Source: Selaginella moellendorffii
Taxonomy: Eukaryota > Plantae > Lycopodiophyta
Length of the DNA stretch: 64,000 nucleotides
Assembly (NCBI RefSeq): GCF_000143415.4
Contig: NW_003314334.1
Location: 906,822 to 970,821 of the forward strand
Reading direction: 5' to 3'
Position 1 is the first letter of the stretch. Every line of letters begins with the position of its first letter. A model generated the notes under the pieces. The model saw only the letters and a program-made list of their open reading frames with translations, had not been told where the DNA came from and did not search any database. Shown one piece after another: positions 46,567-60,000 of this stretch. The translations under genes and the position numbers were made by a program.

Positions 46567-49500
46567 ATGATCGCGAGCGACGAACTCTCCTTGTACATTT
46601 AGTGTGTAGCTTGGCATTGGATGAACTTTTAATTCCAGCGTGTGAGCTCTGACTTTTTGTGCAATCAAGTCTAAGATCGTATATATTAGAAAAGAGTTAA
46701 AAAAAACGTTGATCTCTTTTTTGCTGCTAATATAGAATTGCATTCATTATTAGATTTTTGTACTGCCTTATTTTCCTTATATTTTTTAATATTTTTGGAT
46801 GATTCTCAAATAACCACTTCTAAAACAAAATTAATTTTTTTAAAAAAATGTAAGTAATTATTTATTTTATTTTGCCTTGGACTTTAATCATAGATTTGGA
46901 TATAATTAATTTTGGATTTGAGTTTGTTTCGATTGATTCCATTTTATCTGTCAGTCCAACTTGTTCATCTATCGTGTGACAATCACTCTTTCATTGTTTT
47001 GATATATTCCAGAGTGCCTTTTGTTGCTTTCTTTTGAGCATACAAACTTACACTGGGTGTATGTATAGTTATATATTAGTGTAACACATATAAAAATAAT
47101 GCTATAATGGATTTTAATGTTTATTATTGTTTTGGTGATTATCAAATAATTTATTGCATGTTGCAGGCAGCAACGTTTTTTTTGCTTAATACCAGTATTA
47201 TTCTTATTTATTAATCTAATTGATGAAATGGAAGTTTATAATTATAAACATGTTTATAATTTATAAACACAAGATTAATCTTATTGAATTAGATGGTAGA
47301 ATAAACTAGAATATACTATAAAGTGTTTAGGAAAGTTTATAAATTATAAATGCAAGATTAATCTAAATGAATAACAACTATTAGATGGTAGAATATCAAA
47401 AAATATTTATGCATATTCTAGGTGTATCCACTATCACCCCACTCTAGATTTCCTTAAACAACCCAAAAATTTATATTAATGCATATGAAGAAGGAATAAA
47501 GAAGGAAGTTATATTAAAGGAGGCTCTAAAAAAATTCCTACTTAGTTATTGTGAGGTTCAACTATATAGTATAATGCCATATACTAATTTTAACAACTAT
47601 ACACTAATATTAGCCTAGTGGGATTTTGATGGTTTCAATCCAAAGCACTTCTATATATAAACTAAAGTTTTTATATGCATATTTCTATCTTTCATTTTAT
47701 ATTTTATACACTCACATTGGTGGAAGTGAGGGGCAACTTTGATTGTTCCTAAAGAGTGATTGAATTTAAGGTTTTGGTTTAAATCTAACATTTTTATCGT
47801 CTAGATCTCACTTTTTTTATATTTTTTAATTTCTTCCTTTTTACTTTTTTTTTCATTCATCTTTATACCAAAAGAGTGTAAATTCCTGAATTTGGATTTT
47901 CTGGGATGTCATTTAGCTCAGTATTATTCAAACCTAAGAACACTTTTGTTTATGGATCATCTTTTGAATTGTTCTCTTTGGTTAATTATAATCTATCACA
48001 CATTAATGGATCATCTCTTAAGTCATTCTTTTTTATTGATTATAATTCACTACACTTCTTTTCTAGTTTACACCCTCATGGGGCTCTCTTGCAAGTTCAC
48101 ACCCTTGAATGGAAGTTGAGAGCCACAACTCTCCTGAAAGCTTTACTCTCTTATAAGTTCACACCCTTGTGAAAGGAAGCTAAGAACTACAACTCTCCTA
48201 AGAGCTATGCTTGACTTTTGTTAAATATCATTATTTAAACCTAAGGACAATTAACCCCAAATGTCCTAAGACTTTTAATTGATTGGAAAAAAAGTGCATT
48301 ATTATTTATGGCCCTTTCCCTTTATATTTAAACCCTTATGAGTCATATATTTAGTCATTCTCTTTAGTTGCTTACAAAGAATAACATCTTCCTCATTTGA
48401 ATCTGGAATAACAATTAGTGCAATTGTTTAATGCTATGTATAAACAATTAAACTCAGTTAATGGCGATATTCACAATGTGTGGTATAACTCCTCCCACTC
48501 TTGCTATCAATCCTCGTGTCTGGCTGCATGGGAATTGTAGGGATGATATATAGCATTCACTTTATAGTAATTACCACATCATTCTTGAGATGATGCTTGG
48601 TGTTTACATGAGTTTTTTATATGTTTCCAAAGGATGGCATTGTAGTGGTATAATGGTTTGACTATAGCCACTTATGTGGATTGGAGCATTTTTCTGGATG
48701 TTTTCAAACATGTATTTGAACTATATTAATGATTATGGTAATGCTTTCTAACAATTGCATTATTTTTGTTAAGAGCTATTTGAGTTAGTGATGCAATTTG
48801 GCATTCATTTTCAAAGCCTCTTGCTTCCTGTAGAGCCAAATATATTAGAGTATATCAAGTTGGGAATGTTATAGCTAACAATTTATGAAGATTTTGTAGG
48901 ATTTGTGATGCATTTGCTCTAGCCACTCTTGATGATGCTCTTTGCTTAGCACAACATTATAAGATATTGTCTCTTCCATTTCTCATTACACATCCTTTAG
49001 CTCCATTTTTTATAAAAGATAATTCTATTCCAATGGAGGTTGATGTTGTTAATGCCTAAATTGAAGAACAAGGATGAGGATGTGGTCATAGCCATAATGT
49101 CTATTGTTAGGCATGTGATGAAATTAGTCACACTTATAGGCATTATTGGCATTTTCAAGATTAGTGACCTCTATTTCCTAGGTGGAGACTTTGGTGTCGA
49201 CAACATTCTATTAGTGTTACTACAGTGGAAAGTTTGGACATCGATATGCTCTCTAGAAACGAAGAGTAGCAAAGGGTCTTTATGCAAATAAGTTAGTGAC
49301 CTTTTAATCTTTCTTTCGGGAGTATCATCAAGGGGTTTATTTTATACCAATTCATTCAATGTTTACTTTCCAAGCTCATTTTTATAACAAAAGGTTTTTT
49401 ATTATTCTCTCCATATTGGTTGATACAAGCTCAAGTTTATCTTCTATTTCTTGGCCTATTTTCACATATTGCCATCTATATTTGCATTATGTATAGAGTT

Positions 49501-50865
49501 AGTTTTCATTCTTTATGTCAACGGTTTGTACCCTTTTCCTTATATTGTTGATCTCTTGGATTATCTAGAGAGAAGTTGTTAATTCACCAAGTTAAATATT
49601 GTTTCTGGGTACTGGCAAGTGCTAATGAATGAGGAAGATATTCCTAAAATTACTTTTTATATGCCATTTGGTTTGTACGCTTTCTTGGTGGTGTCATTTG
49701 GTTTAAACAATGCTCTAGCCACTTTCTAGTGGATGATGGACGAGGTTTTTTGCAATATGCCATAAGTGACTACTGATTTCATTGATGATGTTTTGATCCA
49801 CTTGGAAGGGACGTGGGATCAACACATCCGTGATATTCATAAGGTGTTAGATCGGTTACGGGAAGTTTATTTAAAGTTGAAGTAGTCAAAGTGCATATTT
49901 AAATCTAAAGACACAACTTATCTTAGGTATTGTATTTCTCATGAAGGTTTATAAATTGATCTTAACAAACTTGTGGTTATTCTAAAATTCTTTACTCCGA
50001 AGTGTGTAAATGATGTGTAATGCTTCTTGGGCAAAGTGCAATATCTCAGTCGTTTTATCGATCATCTTTTTAATCACACTACACTGTTGCAAACATTATT
50101 GAAGTTGTCAATGTCACCTTTCATTTGGTATATGAACTATAAGTGGGCATTTACAAATTTTAAAGAACTATTAATGAATCCTTCAATTTTGGCATATCTT
50201 AATTACACTTGACTTTTCATTTTGCATATGGATACTTAAAATTTGATGCAAAAGAGCTTGAGTGTGCTTGGTCATCACCATCTCATTGCATATATCATCT
50301 ATACATTATAATTGATAAAAGTGAACTATTCCATGATAAAGAATGAGTGTTTAGCAACTGTTTGGAGTTTTGAGAAACTTCATACATATCTATATGGTTC
50401 ATAAACATTACTTAAAAGTGATCATATTATAGTTACTTCATTATTAAAGCAGAAGAATTTAGTTGGTCATATTGCTCGATAGGCTTTGAAACTTAAGATA
50501 TATAATTTTGATGTTCATCATTTAGGGAGTTCTATGCCTGATATTGATGCCCTTTCTTAAACTCCTTTTCCTTCTTCACTCTCTTCTCATATTTCTGATG
50601 AATTTGTTATTTTAGCATTTGTGAATTTTTTAGACGAGGATGTGAAACACAAATCCCTAAGCCCTAAAGTAGAGCCAAAAGGGGGCCATGTGGTAGTGGC
50701 CAAAACAAAAACCAAATAAGCATAACACATTTGGACCAAAAGCTCTGACTTAGACAGTTGAGAGTGGGAGTGGAACTCCTAACGAAGTGCTCAAGGAACA
50801 CAAGCAATAAGTAAGTCTCTAGAAAAGGGACACAAGAGGATCAATACATGACATGTGAAAGTGTC

Positions 50866-51320
50866 GAGATGGAGCTTGAGATGGACTTGAGATGGAGCCC
50901 GAGATGGAGCCCGAGAAGGAGTCCAAAATGGACCTGAGATGGAGTCTGATATAAACCTAAGATGGAGTCCAAGATGGAGTCTGATATGGATCTGAGATTG
51001 ACTCAAGATAGAGTCCAAGATGGAGTTTAAGATGGATCCAAAATAAAGTCTGAAATAGACCTGACATAGTGCCCAAAATGGACCCGAGATGGAGTCTAAA
51101 ATGGAGTCCAAGGTTGAGTCCAAGATGGACTTGAGATAAAGTCCGAGACTGAGAGCAAGCCCGAGGCCGAGACCAAGACTGAGATCAAGACCAAGATTGA
51201 GACTGAGACCGAGACGGAGACCAAGATTGAGAGTGAGACCGAGACCAAGATTGAGACTGAGACCGAGACTAGGATTGAATTTGAGTCCGAGTCCAAGTCC
51301 GAGTCCAAGTTCGAGTCTAA
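50866..51320. repeat. Degenerate 6/12-bp minisatellite
   Basis: GATGGAGYCYRA units grading into GAGACC/AAGATT/GAGTCC hexamers. Confidence 0.9.
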
Positions 51321-54300
51321 GTCCACCCAAAGCGTTCATCTCCCACACCCTAAGGGGTTTGGTAAGCTCCAAAAGTATAGTAGAAGGAAGACTCTAGTGG
51401 AGCCATTTTGGCCAGAAAAGGCCAGTGTGACCAAGGAAGGCTATACCCATGTGTTGGGTGATGATATATCCATTAAGGAGTTTAAGGCTAAAGTGAATAT
51501 GAACAAACAAGTGGGGCAGCTTGGTGAAATGTTCAAGAGCCAACTCTAGTTCCCCTAAGAGATCAAATAGTCGATACTCCCAGTCCAAGTGTGGGTGGCA
51601 CTACCTACTTAGATACCTAGTGTGGCTCAATGGAACCTTGTTCTAGCCCTATGGCTAAAACACCCAAAGGTGGAAGGTGAAGAGAGTACTCATGAGGCTG
51701 TCAAGACCCCCAACAAGATCAGGATTGGAAAATATAGAAGTCAAAGAGAAAAACTAATGGAGACAACGAAGAAGCCTTAGACTTGCGTTGATTCATATTG
51801 TGGAGAAATGGAACAAGACTAACCTATATATATTATAGGTTGATGAAGCTCCACCACTCTTGGATTGAGGATGGCTTAAATATAGCTGAGGTTGAGGAGG
51901 TGCCATGTTATCATTAGGAATGTGGTTCAAGAATCAGGAATCGTATGGGAAATTAGAGTGTCAGGAATAGGGAAGTGTCTCGAGAGTCAAGAATGTGGTC
52001 TGCAGGTCAGAAATCTGGCAAGAGTTAAGAATGTGGCAAGAATTAGGGGATTCCTGACAACACCCCCTCCTCAAGAATGAGTGGAACGAGGACGTGAATG
52101 AGAACGAAGAGGAGGATGAGATGGGCGTCGAGGGACGGGAGATGGAGAATGAAAAGAATGAGGACTGGGACGAGAAGAATAGCGGTGGTGGAAATCCTGA
52201 ACAATGTCAGGAGAATGAATCAGGTTGTTCGCATGTTCCCAAGTGCATTCCTAAGGTCCGTAACCCTTCCAGTCTACCAAATAGTAGAGTTTAGACTGTG
52301 AGATCTTGGAATCAAGGATGTCCTGAACCTCATATTTAGACCCATCCTTGAGCTGCACTAATGGAGGTGGAGAAATGACTCGATTTGGAATAGGATTGGG
52401 AATATAAGGCTCAAGGAGAGAGGGGTGAAAAACGGGGTGGGTGAATTTGATATGAGGAGGGAAGTGCAAGGCGATAAGTGACAGGATTAATGATGGTAGT
52501 GATAGAGAAAGGATCGAGGCATTTGAAATCAAGTTTGGGATATGGCCTGGTGGTGGAGATATTTTGCCTAAAGAGCCAGACTTTATCCCCAATATTGTAA
52601 GGGGGACAATCTTGACAATGGACATTGGCGAATGTTTTGTGAGATTCCTAAGCACAATGGAGGTGGAAGGAAATGGAGTTGTGGATTTCCTGGAGGTTGG
52701 AGACAAATGCCTTTTGAACAAAAGGATTCGGATTGAAAGATTGAATCAGGGATTTCGGCCAGAGTTTGCAAAGAAGGGGGAAACTCGAAGGGAGGAGTGA
52801 ACAGAGTTGGTATATGAGAACTCAGCAAGGGGAAGGATATTAAACCAGTCATCCTAATGATAGTTGATGAAGCACCTCTGGAATTGTTCCAATGTCTGAA
52901 TTGTTCACTCGGATTGTCCATCAGTTTGAGAATGATATGCCGAAGAGAGATTAGCCTTCACTCCAAGTAGCTGCAAGAATTGTTGCCAGAAATGAGAGAT
53001 GAATTGAGGTCCCCGATCCAAAACCACATTTGCAGGAATCCCATGAAGTCACAAAATTTCCTTGAATACCAATTTTGCTATATCCTCACCCGAAAACTCC
53101 TTGGTACATGGCAGGAAGTGCGCCATCTTTGTGAGGCGATCCACCACGACTAAAATGCTATTGAAGCCTCTAAAACTCGGAAGATCACTAAAGAAATCCA
53201 TGGAGATGAATTCCCAAGGATCTGAAGGGATCGAGAGGGAACGAAACAAACCTGAAGGAAGGTGGCAAGGTACCTTATTCTAGGCATAAGTGTCACAGAA
53301 GGTAACAAAAGCTTTGATGTAGTTGTCCATGTGAGGCCACCAAAAGTCCCGTGCAACTAGCTCATAGGTTTTTGCAATGCCAAAGTGAACTTGTCAAATC
53401 GCCGGCAGTCGGGATTCACTGGGTGTCCAACCTGAAAATGGGGGAAAATGTCGCTAGCGGGGTTGTCGGATTGAAGATCATTTTTGTTTACGTCCATCAA
53501 GGAGGAGTCCTGAGGGGCCAGGGAAATTGCCATAACTTGAAGCCGATTAGGACTGAGGATAACTTGATCCTGTTGATTGAAGGTAGGATTACCAGGCCTA
53601 AGACTGAGATAGAAGTGCCTTGAAAGAGCATCAGGAAGGCCTTGAAGCTTTCCAGGTCTGTACTTGATAACAAAGTCAAACCAACTCAGGAATTGTGCCC
53701 ACCTTGCCTGACGACAGCTCAAAACTCAGAAAGTGGCAAAGTACTTAAGATTTTTGTGATTTGTGTAGACCGTTGTTTGATGGCTCGCCCCTCAAGAAAT
53801 GACACCACTCTCCAAAGGAATCCACAATGGCAAGGAGCTCCTTGTCGTGGATTTCATAATTGATCTCCATAGGCTAGAATTTTTGAGAATGGAAAGCGAT
53901 CGGATGAAATTTCTGATCCACTCTGAGTTGAGACAGCACAGCACCGATGGCAAAATCGAAGGCGTCTGCCTCGATGAAGAAAGGTTGTGAGGGATCAGCG
54001 TGGATCAAGACGGGAGCAGAACTGAAGGCCGCATTGAGTGTGTCGAAGGCTTGCTAGGCAGCAGCAAACCAAGAGAAGGGAACATCCTTGCAAGTGAGAT
54101 GCATGAGAGGAAGGACAATGTCGGAGTAGTGATCAATGAATTTGCCGTAAAAGTTGGCGAAGCCAAGGAAAACCTGAATGTCCAACATTGATTGTGGAAG
54201 CTCCCATTCAAGAATAGTCTTGACTTTGGCAGGATCCATCGTGATACCCTCATGAGTGACAATGTACCCAAGGAACTCCACAGACTCCTGATCGAAAGAA

Positions 54301-55554
54301 CATTTCTCAAGCTTTGTGTATAGGCCATGTTCCTACAGCTTCGCCAGCACCTTGCATGCATGCTTGTCGTGCTCCTCCTAAGTTTTTGAGTAGATGAGGA
54401 TGTCGTCGAGGTAGACAATCACCATTTAATCAAGAAACTCCAGAAAGACATCATTCGCCATGTGTTGGAAAACTGATTGAGCATTTGTCAAGCCAAACGG
54501 CATGACAGTGTACTCAAAGTGGCCATAGTGGGTTCAGAATGCAGTCTTCCATTCATCGCTAGGCTGGATCCGGATCAAGTTGTATGCTCCACAAAGGTCA
54601 ATCTTGGTGAAGAAGCAGGCACCACCAAGGCGTTCCAACAGGTCCAAGATCAAAGGTAGCGGATAACGGTTCTGAAAAGTCACTTTATTCAAACCTCGGT
54701 AGTCGATGACTAGCCTCAAACTCCCATCCTTCTTCTTGACAAAGAAGACAGACGCTCCAACCGGGGACTACGAATGCTGGATGTACCCTGATGCAAAGTT
54801 CTCATCCACGTACTCTTTGAGGGTCTTAAGCTCAAATGGGGATAACCTATAGATAGGCCCTCATGGAGGTGACACTCCTTCTTGTAAATCAATGGGACAG
54901 TCATAAGGCTAATAAAGAGGTAGTACACTAGCTTTTTTCTTGTCAAACACATCCCCAAAATCATGATACTTCTCAAGAAGATGGACAAAAGAAACATACA
55001 AAGCAAAAAGGAAAACAAGTTCTTCATGAAGGAGTTCTTTCATAGTAATTGTGGAGATAGGAGGAGGTGTATGACTGAATAGAATGATGGGATGAAAATA
55101 CTGTCTAGTGTAAGATGGAAGAGAGGGAAAAGAAGAGTGAGGGATAGGGAGCAATCGTAGAGTCAAGAACAAAATCTCGATTTGAGTTTAGGGAACTTTT
55201 CCTAATTCAAACTCGATGAACAACAGGGGAAAACGTGGGAGATGGTGATGTGGGAGAGACGAGCTGTAATTCCTTCCAACAGATTTGGGGGTGGTGCATT
55301 TGGAACCAAGGAAGGCCGAGCACCATAGAGGAGGACTTGCTGTTGATGATGTTGAAGGCGATATCAGTGATGGTGGACCCAATGTGTACTCAAACGGGCA
55401 ACATTTCCCTAAGTCTAGAAGATGGAAACACAAAATGCCTGTTGATGCCTTCAACCCTCAGATCCCGTATAGTAGGAGAAAGAGGAATGTGATGTCGGGC
55501 AACAAAGTTCATGTCCATAAAGTAGGAAGTTGTGCCTGAGTCCAATAGCGCTAG

Positions 55555-57050
55555 TGTAGTGCATGTGATCATGGGATGAGATTTGGATATATTGTCACCG
55601 TGGATCCTTGGAACCTTGGGGGATAAATGGGGATAAAATAGCCACTAAGGGCTCTCTCATCAAGCAATTGCCCCTTTTCCAGTTGGTTTAAGGGGAGAGA
55701 GATAAGGTGCGCTACAGTTGGTATCGGAGCAAATGGCACGGGTTTGATTCCCATTGATTAGTGGCTATTTNNNNNNNNNNNNNNNNNNNNNNNNNNNNNN
55801 NNNNNNNNNNNNNNNNNNNNNNNNNNNNNNNNNNNNNNNNNNNNNNNNNNNNNNNNNNNNNNNNNNNNNNNNNNNNNNNNNNNNNNNNNNNNNNNNNNNN
55901 NNNNNNNNNNNNNNNNNNNNNNNNNNNNNNNNNNNNNNNNNNNNNNNNNNNNNNNNNNNNNNNNNNNNNNNNNNNNNNNNNNNNNNNNNNNNNNNNNNNN
56001 NNNNNNNNNNNNNNNNNNNNNNNNNNNNNNNNNNNNNNNNNNNNNNNNNNNNNNNNNNNNNNNNNNNNNNNNNNNNNNNNNNNNNNNNNNNNNNNNNNNN
56101 NNNNNNNNNNNNNNNNNNNNNNNNNNNNNNNNNNNNNNNNNNNNNNNNNNNNNNNNNNNNNNNNNNNNNNNNNNNNNNNNNNNNNNNNNNNNNNNNNNNN
56201 NNNNNNNNNNNNNNNNNNNNNNNNNNNNNNNNNNNNNNNNNNNNNNNNNNNNNNNNNNNNNNNNNNNNNNNNNNNNNNNNNNNNNNNNNNNNNNNNNNNN
56301 NNNNNNNNNNNNNNNNNNNNNNNNNNNNNNNNNNNNNNNNNNNNNNNNNNNNNNNNNNNNNNNNNNNNNNNNNNNNNNNNNNNNNNNNNNNNNNNNNNNN
56401 NNNNNNNNNNNNNNNNNNNNNNNNNNNNNNNNNNNNNNNNNNNNNNNNNNTACGTATTGGGCATCCATGCGTACGTCCTTCTGTGTGGAGTATCCACGAA
56501 CAAAGGTATCCACCGTGGGACTGCGGTACAGGTGGATGACTAGTTGCCTCACATGGAATAGCTGATCTACACAATGGAAGGATTGGTAGATTGAATGCGG
56601 AAATGGAGGTGCTGGCTGATCTACACAATGGAAGGATTGGTAAATTGAGAGCGGAAATGGAGGTGCTAATTCCCCTTGGCTCAGTAGGGGTTACTAGTCA
56701 ATAATCAATGAGGACATTGACATCTTTGAAGGGGGGGTGAGTGTACCGCATGTGATCATGGGATGATCTACACAATGGAAGGATTGGTAGATTGAGAGCG
56801 AAAATGGAGGTGCTAATTCCCCTTGGCTCAGTAGGGGTTACTAGTCAATAATCAATGAGGACATTGACATCTTTGAAGGGGGGGTGAGTGTAGCGCATAT
56901 GATCATGGGATGAGATTTGGATATACTATCACCGTGGATCCTTGGAACTTTGGGGGATAAATGGGGATAAAATAGCCACTAGGGGCTTTCTCATCAAGCA
57001 ATTGCCCCTTTTCCAGTTGGCTTAAGAGGAGAGAGATAAGATGCGCTACA
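55555..57050 (+). mobile_element. TRIM-like non-autonomous LTR element inserted in the protease region
   Basis: 162-bp LTRs at 55555-55716 and 56889-57050, TSD GCTAG, PBS TGGTATCGGAGC and PPT GAAGGGGGGGTGAG. The interior includes an assembly gap. Confidence 0.85.
55771..56450. other. Assembly gap (680 N)
   Basis: Run of N. Confidence 1.
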
Positions 57051-60000
57051 GCTAGAGCCTTGAGTCCTGATTGTCCAGTGAAAGAAAGAAGACATGGGAT
57101 GTGGAAGCTGCGGGAATTGGTGGTAGCTTTGATGAAGGTGGTGAGGAGCTTGATAAAGAAGAAAAATGATTTTTATTCGGGGAGTCCAAATAGACAACTC
57201 CTACTATATTTGGACAAGGTCATTTCCTGATTGTAACAGAGGTGGACCTTGAGGCAAAGTGAACTCAAGCAGTTGAGGAGGCTTCTTGGGACACACAACT
57301 ACTTTGTGATTAGGATCAGCATAATAGAGGCAAAGATTCTGAGATATTCAATGTTGCTTCTCAGCAGGACTCAACTTCCCTCTGATGAGTCGGGGAGTAC
57401 CAAAAATATCCATCAGGACTGGAGCAGTAGGTTCAAGAGTATGCCCCGAAGACTCAAGTTGGGATTCCTAAGTCTGGGACAAGAAAACAGCGGCACGGTG
57501 ACTTTCCTGATAACATTCAAAGAGACGATTGTTGCATAGAACAGCTTTGTTGATGGCGTCTGATAGGTCCGTGGGATCCTCCATGGTGAGTAACAAATTC
57601 TTGACATCGTTGTTGAGGCCGAAACGAAATTGATCAATTAGGGCCCACTCATCCCACTGAGTGTCCAAAGTAAAGAGTTGGAACTCCGCAACATAGATCG
57701 AGGTAGGACGAGACCCCTGAAAGAGATGTCTCATCTTTGTGGTGGCATCCTAAACCCAATCCGTCTTGCCAAAACATGCTTCGAGCTTCTCTTTAAACAA
57801 CTGAAAATCCATCAGCTTCGGAACCACGACCCCCTTTATGCTCTTCTCTAGGAGAGGAGAAAACCATGACAAAGTTACACCTTTTCTTTTTAGAAGGAGA
57901 AACTGAAAACTTTAAAGTATCTCCCAGGCTAATCACCTCAGTGAAGAGATCAACTCCATCTAATTCAAGAATCTGCGAAGCTCCAAACGCTTGCCTAAGA
58001 ACTACGTCGGGAAACTCACCTTCAGTTCAGGAACTTTGGTTGATCCTTGAGCCAAAAGTGAAGCAAGCTCCTGTTGCATGTGAAGAAGGGCCACCTTCAA
58101 CTCGGTATTCTCATACTGAATTTTTGCAAGGACTTCAGCGAAGGAATCAGGATGGCTTGGAGACTCCATCGGCAAAGAAGAAAGAAAAGGGGGAAAAAGG
58201 CAAAGGCAATCAAACAATTAAAACAAGTTAAAGCAAAAGTAAAATGCACAATCTGAATCAATCTATCAAGACCCCCAACAAGATTAGGATTGGAAAATGC
58301 AGAAGTCAAAGAGAAAAACTAGTAGAGACGAGGAAAAGGTCTTAGACTGGCGTTGATTCAGATTGTGGAGAAATGGAACAAGGCTAACTTATGTATACTA
58401 TAGGTTGATAAAGCTCCATCACTTTTGGATCGAGGACGGCCTAAATATAGCTAAGGTCAAGGAGGTGCCACATCATCATTAGGAATGTGGTTCGAGAATC
58501 AGGAATCATACAGGAAATTAGAAAGTTAGGAATAGGGAAGTGTCTCAAGAGTCAAGAATGTGGTCTACGGGTCAAGAATCTAGCGAGAGTCAGGAATGTG
58601 GCAAGAATTGGGGGATTCCTAATAGAGGCTTGCATAGGGCCATGGTATTCTAAAATATTGTTCCAAAGTCCTAAACTATAAAAAAGAAGAAGAGTAATCC
58701 TCTAGTGTAGAGACCAAAAATATGGTCACATGGTGAGGAAGTCCTAAAGGTCAATAAGATATAGTGGTTAGGCCTATACACCTTGACTTAGTGGCAATGT
58801 TGGCAAATACAGCCATAGACAGAAAGGTACTTAGTGGGGATGGAAAAAAGGATATTAGATAAAGTTGTTCCCCATGTTTGCAGGCATCTTATGGATGCTA
58901 AGGAGTGGATATGGAATTATCACTCATTGATAAATGGCCCAATCTTTGAGAGATAGAACTGTGGTGTAAGTGGTGTTGGATCCACCAATGTGATAAAGGT
59001 GAATACGTATGGCCTTAGCATAACGGGTTGATATATCAATAATACCTTTGGGTGTTGGTTGTGGGATCGAACATGTGGAGCAATTAGACCAAGTGCAAAG
59101 GTTGAATGGCATGGATGCTATTCTTGGGGCTAGCAAGTCTCCTAAGTCTGGAATAAGATTTATGGAGGTTATAAGTGAAGTTTCTCCAAGTGGCTGAAAG
59201 TGTGGTTAAGTGACTAAAGTAGAATGGAAAATCTAGTTTCTTACAAAGGAATTCATGTCGTTGGCAATTGTTATACTTGATGTTCAATATCCACAAGGTG
59301 TAAAGTAAGATTTACTTTCTTTTAATAAGGTTGAGTTGTGAATTCGAATGCTTCATGATGGATTTGAGAATCTTACATCATTTGTTAATGACTTCCTATT
59401 TTGACATTTACATTTTTAATATTGCCTTAAGGACGGTCTTTTTTATTTTGTGGGGATGGATCCTAATGATCATTTATGGTTAATAGTGCCTTTATTCTAT
59501 GTTTTCTCCACACCTACCATGATTTTCCTATTTTATGTGGGCATATAAAATGCATAGTTGTGTTTATTGCTAAACTCGTAATACTAACCTTCGTGTTATA
59601 AAAGGACTGTTGGAGTCAATTGTAATTTCTTGTCTATTTGAATTGGTGATGTTTGATTTAATGGGGCTTTTTCCACAATCAACTATTGGCAATGAGTACG
59701 TCATTATTACTTTTGACTACTTAGATCACTGGGTGAAAATCAATCCTTTTGCTAGTGCATTTGCAACTATTGTTGAATACTTCCTCCTCAATTGAGTGGT
59801 GTTTTAGCATTCATGTCTAGAGCAAATTTTTTTAAATAATAGTCTTGCATTTATGGCTAAGGCATTTCACGTTTTAATGTCTTGTTTGGGGGATACGCCA
59901 CACTTTCATGAGTGCTTATAATCTATAATCAGATGGTTTGGTAAAATAGCTCATTCGAACTTTCAAAAGGATGATTGCAAAATATATAAATTTTTAACGT

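Larger units (their letters stand above)
51699..58624 (-). mobile_element. Ty3/gypsy chromovirus (Tcn1-like), pseudogenised
   Basis: 361-bp LTRs at 51699-52059 and 58264-58624, TSD GAGGC and PPT at 52060. Gag, [24 protein letters not shown] and group I chromodomain YEVQDILDS...YLVDWKGYGP. Many stops. Confidence 0.95.
50641..59350. mobile_element. Probable long solo-LTR-like insertion, split by the chromovirus; right boundary approximate
   Basis: Non-coding sequence starting TGTG interrupts the host pol between RNase H and integrase. Confidence 0.4.

Noticed and set aside
50791-51397. LG/LS- and RP-repeat ORFs
   Set aside because: Products of a hexamer minisatellite.
55555-55716. Cassandra-type TRIM
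   Set aside because: No 5S rRNA-like sequence in the LTR.
55712-56628. ORFs of ~260-290 aa
   Set aside because: Artefacts of the N gap.
56564-56912. Spaced repeats resembling a CRISPR array
   Set aside because: Eukaryotic TRIM internal duplications; the spacers are not unique and there are no cas genes.
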